Source: Phallusia mammillata (Eukaryota). From it: 64,000 bases of DNA. The notes beneath the pieces were generated by a model that was not told the DNA's origin, made no database searches, and was given only the letters and a program-made list of their open reading frames with translations. The DNA is taken from NCBI GenBank assembly GCA_965637545.1, contig OZ281497.1, forward strand, positions 13,206,001-13,270,000. Direction: 5' to 3'. The position numbers and the translations under genes are program-made. Positions 27,201-39,200 of this stretch are shown piece by piece. Every line of letters starts with the position of its first letter. Position 1 is the first letter of the stretch.

Positions 27201-30200
27201 CTATTCTGTGTCATTGGCAAAAGAAAAACGGCCATCAATAGACATACAAGTACGCTTTTTGTTACAATTTGTTTAAAGAGCGTTTGAATGATATTCTGAG
27301 TTTGTTTCAGATTGGAAGTATTGCGTCAAATGCGACGTCCCCAACTCATATTTTCAATGGCCTTAGTGCTGGAGAAACTTTCAAAGTTACACTTGTACCA
27401 AGTTTTAAAGGCACCAATGGAACTGCAATGAACAAATCAGTCACAACCCGTATGTTTAATTATGATTTTTAGTTTAAATTGTTGTAAAGTAACGCTTTGG
27501 TTTACAGTGGCACCACGATCACCAATAAACGTCACTGCGTCACCGCTACACGAAACAAGTATTATCGTCCAGTGGTCCATTGATCCTGCAGTTACAACAT
27601 ACGAAATATCGACTGAAAATCTTGATCTTCCCAACGCAACAAATGTTACAAACACTATTGATCCAACCATTTTTAAGTACGTTTCTTTTGAGTCATTTAA
27701 ACCTAATAAAGCACCTCACTAACGAATGTTTTTCTATTATAGTGGCATCGTGGTGATAAGTAATCTTGTGCCACGCACTAAATACTCTTTTACCCTCACA
27801 CCAGTTGGTGCTTTGCCCGAAGTCAAGGGTCCCCCGGCTGAAGTCAATGCCACTACAGGTAAGTAAATGGCCATAGGTGCATAACTTTCTTACAAATGAC
27901 AAGTTTTATAAAGGTCATTTAAAATTTTTAGATTCACCTTCTCCAGTCCTCAACATATCCGTAACATTTATCAATGCTACAGCAGTTAACGTGTCAATTA
28001 CACCACCTGTTCGTTATGTGGACAACGTCACTTTGCTTTTGCTTCCGTCGTCACCAGCCGCAGTAAATCCGGTCGCCGAATTAATCATCCCGTATGCCAC
28101 CGTCCATTTCCCTATTATCATCAATAACTTACAGTGCAATTTCACATACAACGTTAGCGTTGTGTCGAAGTTGTTTGGAGTTTCCAGTGATGCTCGATCA
28201 ACTGTCTTTAGCACAGGTAACTAGTGGATAAACTATGTTAGGATTTAAGTGTATATACACCACAGGAACGTGTTGTGTTAATTTTTTGGATTTTTCTTTT
28301 TATTTTGTAGTTTGCTATGACAATTAGAAGAATGTTTACTGTAGACACCTTTAACTTTATTCTTGGTTCAGGTGCTTGTGGAATCCTTCTTCCTCCGCCA
28401 CCACCTCCCCCACCTCCGCCATCTCTTCCACCACTGACATCATCCTTACCAACTATTCCACCTCCCCCAATACCACCTCCTCCTCCAACTCTGCCGCCAA
28501 TCATCCCAACTCGTAAGTTAAAATCATCACAGTATACATCTTCAGTGTTTGAGATCTAAATCAAATGGTCTATTTGTTTTGTAGAACCCTCATTGCCACC
28601 TCCGCCACCACCCTCACCTCCTCCACCGCCACCAATACCCCCGGTTGTTGTGTGAGTATATATGAGACATACATTTTTAGTAAACTAGTATAAGTCAAAT
28701 AAACGCACATCTCATTCATAATAAACAGTGATCCAACCACAACTGCTGAACCAGTTACCACTCCACCTACAAACGAAACAACACCAGTATCGTCAGTGGT
28801 ACCAACCACCCCCATGCCCGTGGTATGGTACGTCGGTTACGCTGTTGTTATTGATGTCGTAAACGTATCAGTATCTGATGTTGTCGACGCCACCAACAAC
28901 TCTGCCCCTGATGCCGTGCGTAAAATGGAGGCGGATTTCAAAACATTTGTAAGTAGTAACTGACAAACTGCATACACATTGGTCGGCTCTTTAATGGTGC
29001 AATTTCGTGTCTTTAAAGGTGGTAACGGAGCACGCTAACCAGTCGGATAGTGGGGACCAGATATCCCAGATTGTGGTGCAGTATTACGAACCGTTGTCTA
29101 ACGGGACGTTTGCCATTCATTTTGCCATCGCCATGGCAGGTAAGTAACAAAATCAGACGGGGGATTACCAATGTCTTTACAGTGGATTATATCCGATGAT
29201 AAATACTACAATCTTGAAAGTTAGGACGAAAGTGTAAAAATCCTATTCTTTACTTCAACGCAGATAATGCACACCCATGCACTGTGGAATACGCGGTAAC
29301 CAAGTCTCTCAATGAAGGAAAACAGCCAACAAACATGGACCTCGAAGAAACGACCTTTCGGGTGTCAGGTTTGTTTCGTTATATAGGTCTCACTTTTCTT
29401 GCACTTTGCTTCAAGGTTTATTTTTGTGTCTAGGAAAAAGGCGATTCCGCGGTGAAGTGACGATGAACGATTTAGGAGCAGGTCTTGTGGCTGATCTAAC
29501 TGCATCTCCGGACGGTTTCCGTGCCTTAATTGAGATTATGGTAACGTTTTTGTTGCATTGTGTAAGCAAGTAAAAAATATGTTACAAGCAATATCCAATA
29601 CCTTAGCTCAACAACGCTGTATCGGAATCTGTACCGGGTCACATCGCTCTTGGGGCTCAATGGAGTTACGCCGGAATGATTCAGATCGAGTCAACAAGCC
29701 TCAAAGCAATTTTTAACATCACTTCCGCCCGTGACGACAGAACAGCAATCCCCAAACGCATTATCAGTTTGTTGCAGGAAGCGTCTGTGCGATACTCCTT
29801 TAACGTTCATCCTTCCAACGTAACAGCCGAGGGTACGATGTCTAACGCCCAAACACATTTCCGCTATATCTGTACTTTATGCTTTTTTTCTGTTATGCAG
29901 CATATGGATTTGTGGGCACACCACTAGCAAACGATCCTTGCCCCAGAACAACAGCCCCGTCGTCTTACAAACATGGTCTCTCGTTTGCACTATCTGTTCC
30001 GCCACCAGATGTGTACAACATTGTGCACAGGCCCAACTCTGACGACTACAAGATGTTTAAGGAAATGACAGACGAACTATTGGCAAATTTGCAAGTTTCT
30101 ATAGTTAACAACACAATCGGCGACTTGAGTTTTGATTACTTCCAAGCCCAAACACCACCTGCTTCCAAGTAAGAACAAGCGTACAAACCGTTTGAATGTA

Positions 30201-33200
30201 CAAATGTTTTTTGTGTTAAACTTTTGGCCTGTTTACGTTGCGTAATATAATCAACGATATTTTACAAGGTCCTCATATGTACGCATTCAAATCATGAGAT
30301 ACAAGCAGTGTTCTGTCATGTTTGAACACAATACAATATACGCATATTTTTTAGTGTGTGGGCTCACTTTACAACCTCAACTGCCAAACCGGATGTTCAA
30401 CATCTGTATCAGCAAATGCAAATCGCCTTTAGCAGCGTCGATACCCATCTTGAACTTCGACCGAACTCACTTCTGTATCCAGGTACGCAATTTTTTTTGC
30501 ACCTGTTGTATCTGTAAACAGATTTTGTATTGGTCACCTTTGGAAAAGATGTTAAAAGGGATCTTCATATGTGTTTAACAGATATAAGAAAAATGATGGG
30601 TGAAATGAAGATTTCCAACTTTTCGGAATCCCTGCTTCAAGGAATAGCTGGAAATAACGAAACTTCTATCAACCGGGCTAAAGGATACGCACTTAGCCTC
30701 ATAGAAGGACTATTGGCTACCACCGGCATTGCCATGATTCCACGAATCAACAAGGTAATAAACGATGTATGGTGTGTTGTACGTTGCATGACTGACATTC
30801 AATAGAACTTTGCAGAAATAATACGATGTAAAGTTTAGCTAGTAACAAGATCATCAACACCACTTCCATTTAGATTGCGTTGGATTCGGAACCAACCCTT
30901 GCAAAAGCGACATTTGATCTTGATCCTTCCGTGCTAAAATCGGTTGCCACACCCAAGTACGTTGCTGACCAACTGAACAAAGCACAAAAAGACACTGACA
31001 ATAGTATTGCCGCAATCATGGGAAGCAAAGTATCATCAGGCTCAGTCCAAGTCTGGCCAATCGGAACTATCTACGGCATGCCATTTGCTGGTAAGTTTCG
31101 GAATTCCGCTCGACTAAAACAACTACCACGGTTCTTTCGTTAATACGATTTTGTATTTCAGGCAAAGTCGTAGTTGGTGGTCTCACACCGGAAAGAATCC
31201 ATGACATAATGTTAAACTCAAACTCAACCGAAGCAGCACATTATAAAGAAAACCTTACACGAACTTTGCAATCAGTCTTGGCTAGCTACTCACAGGCAGA
31301 TGTCTTAGATATACGTAAGAATTTTACACGATATTTATTACTGTTAATTTTGGTAGATCTCAGAAGTCATTGCACTGTTGTTTTTTTAGCTTCCACGTCT
31401 GTCCAGTATTTTGAATCATCATTTAATGCTCCGGACACAGTGGTTGCGCACTTCAAAATGCAAATGAAGAACAACACTTCGCCTGATGATCTTGACATTG
31501 CGCTTTTGACAGATACTATCGGAAATACGTTGACAGGTGGGACATGATCACTTGGTGTGCTTTGTTGTAAACGCCTTGACAAAACAAAACATTCGCTTTG
31601 TTTTTTTTAGCTCCCTACGTTGACACATCTTCCCAAGTTGGCTTCCCGAGACAGTTTAAAGGCACTGGATTGTTACAAATTCAACCCAACGACACGCAAC
31701 TTGAACTGGTTGTCTTTTATAATGTGAGTAAAACCGACTTGACATGAATATGTAATACCAATTTGTATGCTTTATCTTGTGCTTGCCAAACCCGAAATCT
31801 GCATAAATTCACGTAAACTCAATGGTTTATGAACTAAATGAGGTAACCTATCATACCTCAGAGTATTAGTATCATGCCACTAATCAATTTTTTTTACCTT
31901 TCAGTTGGCAAAAGCGTTTAACGCATTGGAAGCATTTTCTGTAAGCCACCTTGACAACGTAACGTTGGTACCGGAACCAAACGTCAGCGATTCACTCCGA
32001 TTCTACTTCCAAGTCACCATGTCCAAGTACGACGTCACTGAACCAGAAAATCTTGAACTCTGGCTCAACTTTGTCCCTACGCCATTCAAGGATCTGAAAA
32101 TATATTGTAAGTTATTTTTATCCGTTTTAACTTAAACGTTTAATTAACCCTCTAAAATGTCTATTTTGTGTTTGTGTACAGTTGACCTACCTCCACTGCC
32201 GAAAGTTAATGGTAAGTACTTACTTGTGTGTTGAGCTAAATGCACTAACATATAACGAATCGTTAAACGTAAACCCATTCGTATTATCGTTCACTTTACA
32301 TAAATATCCAGGATAGTAATAATTTAAAGCGTTTTTTTGCAGTTTACAACGGTGAATTCAGTTTCCCTAACGTGTCTTCATCACTCGACCTGCGCCAAGC
32401 GATGCTCAATAAAACAAGTGGAAGCTTTGTAGAGCAAGCAGACTTTGTACAAAATATCGTAAGTTTTCATACTTTTAACAATGGCCTGTGATAATATTTA
32501 GAAAGTAACATTTTTTTCTTCTGGTGCAGATGTCTGAGGCATTATCGGCATTAGACGACGTCACCATCTCTGTACAATACTTTGCTCCGTTCCTTACGTC
32601 CGGCCTGACTGCCCACGTTGAAGTAAAAACCACAGACACCAACGATACAGTTGATTCCGCTATTAAAGGTTTTGCCACCAATCAAACCAGTCAATTCATG
32701 TAAGTCATAAACCTTCAAGTTTGACAAAACCATCTGCAATTGATCCTGGTGTTTTTTCATTAAATGTTGTTGAATAATCAGGTTGGACCCTGAAACAGTG
32801 AAAATACCAACTCAAAGATCTCTTCTCGGGGAAGTGTTCCTTGGCAACATTTCGGACGCTCAAGTCGACTTCATACTGCAGTACATTAACCCTGTGGCAA
32901 GTGTCGACTACATATCTCTCTCGCGCTCTTTAGCGGATATTTACAACCAAGCTGTCGGCAAAAATGCGATTGTGGATTTGAAAACTTTCGAGTAAGAACT
33001 AAGAATCAAACAGTATAAGCTTGGTTACGTGATATTTAAATGTAAAATTATGATACTGTATAACCCTTAATCTTCTAATTAAGCTCGTTTCCCGATATTA
33101 GTTACTTTTTTGTACACAGCCATTTCCGTACTCGAGAAAACAAGATAAAAGTGTATTTCCGACTCAACCTTGAAACGAACGATCTCGGCGACCCGTTTAC

Positions 33201-36200
33201 GATGACAGACACATTACGATCAGCTCTACAGAAAAACAATACTCGTATGTTGTTCTACATTTGTTCAAGTTTAATGGGAAATATTCTGTTTGATTACCCG
33301 CGATTAACAAATATTTTTATTTAGTGGGAGTCAACGTCGAACCAGCAACGGCCAACATTACGGTGATACTTGATGACCCGCCGCCTAAAATAGGTCTGTT
33401 ACCTTTTGTTTTCAGCAGTTTATTTATTTATTTTTTTGAAAAAGATAAGTCCATAAGATGACTTATTCCTTTACAGCAAAATTCACTGGAGAACTAACCT
33501 TTGCTACAGTACCTTTTGGAATTAGTCAGTACGAAGCGTGCGTTCTGAATGCGAGCAGCAGTTTTGAAAAGATCATAAAAGCTGTTGACAGCATTGTAAG
33601 TGCGAAATGAAACTACAATAAGTTAAACAGCGCAAAAATTGTTGAACATTTTCAGAAATACCATACTTTTTTTAGTTAAATGCCACTGGACATCTACCAA
33701 GTGTTGAATTCTTCCAATTCGAGAGTCAGTATTTCGCTCCGTATGAACACTTCGGATTGGTCGCGCACTTTGTGCTCACAACAGATTTTAACAATACGTC
33801 AGAACTTGAGGCGCTAATAGAAAATCAATCAACAACATTAAACTCGTAAGTGTTGATTTGTAGAAAACGGAATAAATTGTAAGCCTGCTAATAAACCAAA
33901 ACATTTTGAAGGAGGAATTTAATGCCATCGTCGGTTGCCATACCAACCAAGCGTCGCTTCTACTTCGAGGCTGAAATTGACGGACTTGCCCATTCTGAAA
34001 AACAACTTCTTCTGGATGAAAATAGTGCCTTCTTTGACAATGCTAAGCAAAGCGTCGAAGCGCAGTTGGCCAGTGAATTCCAAATATATCCCGAAGTTCA
34101 ACTTAACAGGTACTCGTTCGTCAAACATAAGTCACGTTTCAATTTCGGTTTGTTCTTGTTGAAAAGCAAACTATGGAGGTCTAATTATCTTGTCTTTTTG
34201 TTTTTTAACAAAAATACTTAGTAGTTAAGTCACCAAATTAATACTGATGTACAAAATGTTATGCGTTTATGCAGATTTGAGCAATACGGCATGAACTCCA
34301 TAAGAATGATTGTTAACCTCACGATGTCAGATAACCTCTTGTACGATCCATTCGTTCTGACAGCAGAAGTTCGAAACTCGCCCAGTCCATTAGTGATAAA
34401 TGGTATGTACGCTTGCAAACAATGTTTGTCATAGAGAAGCAACGATTTGTGTATTAACCTGGTGTTGTTTTGACTTAGTTGAGGGAAGTTCCAGCTCTGG
34501 ATCAATTAACAACATTTTTGACCTTATTTCGAAACCCGTACTGGCAACTATGAGTTTGAACCGGACTTCAGCCAACGTCACCACCTACATTTATCCACCA
34601 GGTAATTTTGCTTACATCAATAAAGTAACATCACGGGACTGTGCGCTTCATTGCTAAAAATTAAAACTATCATGGTAAGATGGTGGTTTATTTTGCGTTT
34701 TTTTTTACCTTATTTTGAGGGACGTTTAGTCAAATGTGGTAATCGTGGCCTTAATTAATTTACGAATTTTGCCTTCACAGAATACGCTTCCTTTATTGGA
34801 TTGGTGCATGTTGTTGGACCTTCCGACCCGGCAGATCGTGCCGCCCTACTCGATCCGTTCACAGATAGCTTGGTGAAAAACGAAACAAACGAAAATCTGA
34901 CAAACGCAATCGTCGATCAGTTTAATACGTACATCCCAAGCAAAGTTGACATCCAGTATTACCAACCATTGCTCAATTCTTCTGTAGTCGCTCATTTCAA
35001 GGTATGATATGTTGTAGGTGTGCAAATACATACGCTTGATCCAGGAATATGGAAAACATACTGATGTTCAATGATATTTTGTTCGTCAATGATATTGTGA
35101 ATAGAATTATCACGTGTCATGCAAAATATGAAAAAACTGTATTACAAACTTCATAAGCGCATCTCAAATTTTAGCTAACCTTCCCGAATGGGACTGACTC
35201 TGCAAACATTTTGGATGAACTAAAGAATTGGACTCAACCGACAACCGAGCCAAGTGGGGTAGTTGTAGATCCGAACACAGTAGACTTAGGACCACATATT
35301 GTAAGAGAATTTATGGGAGAAGTTAACTTTACCAAACCAAGCTTGAGTAATCTGACGACCAACGACGAATTCGAGTTCACCAAACTGGTATGTTAGAAAT
35401 TGGTGCGCATTTTACCTCAATTAAAAATAGAAATATTTACAAATTTATTCTGCTCAGTTTAACGACTCGTTCAACGGCAACACAACGAGAGCTACACCTC
35501 GGTTTGACGAGTTCATACCACTGATAGAAGGACCCAGCGGCAACCGCACAACTGAACCAGAGGGTCCCTTGTCACAAGCTCGGGTAATACATGTGTTTTA
35601 AAATCCCAGATTAGTTTTAATAAAAGTGTGTAACAATGGTACATTCGTTAATCTACAGCCACAAATTTAACTGATGACGTGTTACAGGTAAAAATCACAG
35701 CGGAACCAGGTGAAGACTTAACCCCAATCACTTTGACAGACGAAGCAAGACAGTTTGCAAGCGAGGAAGGCCAACAACCATTTATCAAAAAATATGGTTC
35801 CAAACCTACTTTTATAGTTGTTAAAGGTGTGTAGACGCACTTAAATGTATATTTAGGAATCAATCATTGAGCAATGAACGGCAAGATTTATTTGTTTTAG
35901 CGCTTGAGCCGACCGCTGAACTGCCACCAAACACCACGCAGTCACCCAACGTCACGCAGTCACCCAACGTTACACAGACACCCAACGTCACAACAGCGGC
36001 TCCTAAGCCGACTCTCAGAACCGTGAAGGCTGTGTTGTTGAATGTTCCACTTGATGAAGTAATCGGACTTTATGAACCAACCGACCCGGCTACCCTCGGC
36101 TTTTACGTCGATCAGGTACGAAGTATTTTACTAACCCATAAGTTGTGGGCACAAGACATCAACTTTGTTTTTTATAAGGTTCTTAAGCCATTAAACGAGT

Positions 36201-39200
36201 CGCTACCCAACGCTGAAGAATGGCGTCCAACAGTCCAATATTTTGAGCAAAGACCTGATCAATCAGTGTTTGCTCATTTGGTTTTCAATCAACCTATCAA
36301 CGACAGCAAAAACGCAACCGAATTGGAGGCCGACATGAACTCGTCAATCGTTGATCCAACTAATGTCGACGGTTTTACCGTTGGAGGTATTTTTTAAAAC
36401 CGCTTACTAAAATATTTCTATCATTAGCACAATTTGATTTGTTATTCAATTTTTCGTTCTTTACTCCTGATTTGTGTGTTTAGACACTCGCGAGTTTGCG
36501 GGATCTGTTGAATTATTTGTGGATCAGAAGACCAAACAAGACTTACTTACCAATGATACAGCTGCGGATGCGGCTCTAGCCGAGCTAGCTGATGTGGTGA
36601 GGCATTTTAGTCTTTTTGTGTGTCAGCAATAATGTGTGAATCAAGTAAAATCTGCAAACCAGTTAAACAGCCACAAAGTTCTAAACCGAGTATCTAGTGA
36701 AACAAATATTTCAAATATTTCAGGCAAACGGAATTGTAAAAAACTGTGCAGGTGTGAGACCATTGGCTTTTAAAATCAAATGACACACAGTAAAGGGGGG
36801 TATATAAGTCAAACAAAAATTTGTGAAAAAGTAGTAGTCGATGTGTACCTAAGATCTCTTGATGTTCTTTATTCTTGCATAAAGCTTTTTCTTTGTACCC
36901 AGCTCACTTCAACTCTTCCTGTCTCCAACATCACTAAACCTATAGTGGAAGACGTTGGCCCCGACCTTGTCCGTCTCAACTTCACTGTCGTGTCACAACC
37001 TGATGTTCCAAATTTGGCCCCAGAACTACAAAAAGACGGTATTGCAAAACTTCAAACACAGAAAGAATTCAGCAATTTCGCTATCCGCCCTGACACGTTA
37101 ATAGTGAAAGGTAAAGTTGACCGTGCACGTGTTTGTTTGGTTTTTGTGTAATATTTCTTACTTGTGTCTACAGTTCCCGGACCCTTCTTACCAACAGGCG
37201 AAGGTGGAACAATAGGTACGTTTCTTAATTTGGAGAGTTTTATGACTAACATTGAGTAAACTGAACCTCAGTGTGTATTCATCTAAATAGTAGTAATTTA
37301 CATACGTTGTTTGAACAAAATTATCTTTCTAATATCCCTTGTTTGTACTGTGCTTTTTGAAACATTGCTTTAAGCTACATGGACAGTTATTGAGGAATGT
37401 TTGCTTTTAGACAATTTGAGCACCGTCCTGACCGTTTTTTTATTTCAAGACACTAGATTTCCTTAATATTGCGTTTGAGTGGTACGACAAGCAATAAACT
37501 GTATCGATATATCACCTATTTTTATGTTTTACAGTTGCAAAGGCCTTTATTGCATCATTTATGATTCATAACAAAACGTACGCGGACATCAAGGATATGT
37601 GGTTAAACAGAACATCAACACCTGCTGAAGTTGCGATAGCTCATTACAAACCAATGGTGTGAAACTAATACTTAAACCTTATAATATAAAAACAGCCATT
37701 AGCAAAGTGTTTTAATTTGATATTTTTTTTCAGCTTGATCAAGTGCCTTTCAAGATTTCAGTGGATTATTTTGAACCCTGGGAACCAAATACTGTCAAAG
37801 TGCAAATTTTTGTCAATGGTATGAATTCTGAAACTTTGGTTATACGATTTCATTTAAAATTGTAACAACAAAGGTTTGCGTTCTAAGCAGCGCAAGCAAG
37901 TTTAATTCTGTACCCATAAATTCATTGTCGGCTGAGTTTTACCAACGATTTATTGTTAACTGTTTTTTTTTGCAGTCACTGTCCCTGCTTCAGACGTCGA
38001 GGTTTACAACATATTCATGGCTGCAGGAAATAAAACAAACACTTCAATGTCAAATCTTACAATGGCTGTTAAACGTAATTTCGCGGCTCACATGGATGTC
38101 ACTTCCAACGACACTGATCAAGTAATCGTTGATAAGGTACGATTAGACTTTCTCGCAGAACCAATTCAGATAGAAAAAAATGAATACATATCTTTTTCAC
38201 CAGTATTTGGAGTGTTTTTTATTAGTAGCAATTGCATAGGATTTTTTTAGAATCGTTTCTGAAATTCTAACATCGTAAAACTTATGCTTTTCAATCCTGT
38301 ATGTATCGGAGCCAGAACTTACTGGGGTTCTTTCGTGTCGTTATTACAGATCCAAAACATCCTTGGCAATGAAACGAATGCTACTTTGTTTAACAACAAC
38401 GACGCCCCTGATTACAAGTACTGGAAAAATGAGATTGACTTAATGACTGCAACGCAATCAGATGTGCCTACAGGAAGCGGTGAGGGTTTTGAATATTTTG
38501 GCATATATTTGATTCAAAATAAAATTGTCGACAAATAGACAGGGATTCTGCTCAGAATGGTGTTTAATTACACAATAATGCTTTATTTTTCAGCGACTCG
38601 TCGAAAACGGGAAACCCCCCGAACCATGCAAATCCGCCTTGAAACGGCAGCAAACCAACGATCAAATCCAAATATGCTTTATAACGCTATATACGGCGCA
38701 GTGAACGAGACTGGTCTTCAAGTATACGGTAAGTGGGAAAATGTTTGTTTTCTTTGCTGCCAATTAAAATAGCCATGTGTACCCAGAAACATAAAACTGT
38801 TGTCAAAGGCGTACGGAGTTCAGTTTGTGGCGTACGCGTAAAATCTGTTGTACAATGTAAAAACAAGATTCGTTTGCTCACAGTCATTCCACCGCTTCCC
38901 ATTCGTTCAACATCGGAACCCCTGACAACTACAACACCAGTGACAACCACAGCACCGGCAGTGGTTACAGGCCCCATTTACCCAGTCGTGGTGATAATAA
39001 ACTTGGACAACAGAACCATCACAGATGACGTCCTGGTGTACGTGCTACGTAAAGTACTGGAAAAAGTAAGTTCTGATCTGATGCGCAGTGAGACTAGTGT
39101 TTTGTGAATCTTGTTATTGCATAAAACATTTTATTATTTTTGTATGTGTTTCGTACAGTTGAAGGAAACACTGGACTTGAACAATCGTAATGTATCGATA

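Larger units (their letters stand above)
201..28216 (+). other. Fibronectin type III array, about 60 domains
   Basis: Recurrent FN3 hallmarks: strand-B Trp in many domains (VEWNPLP, VTWSNVP) and L-x-P-x-T-x-Y-x-V-x-V (LRPGQTYDVTV, LQPNTTYDVSV, LRPNTSYNAVV). One to two exons per domain; many N-x-S/T sequons. Confidence 0.9.

Noticed and set aside
201-28216. Dscam-like mutually exclusive exon clusters
   Set aside because: N-half and C-half exons alternate in constitutive order; no runs of same-type variants were seen.
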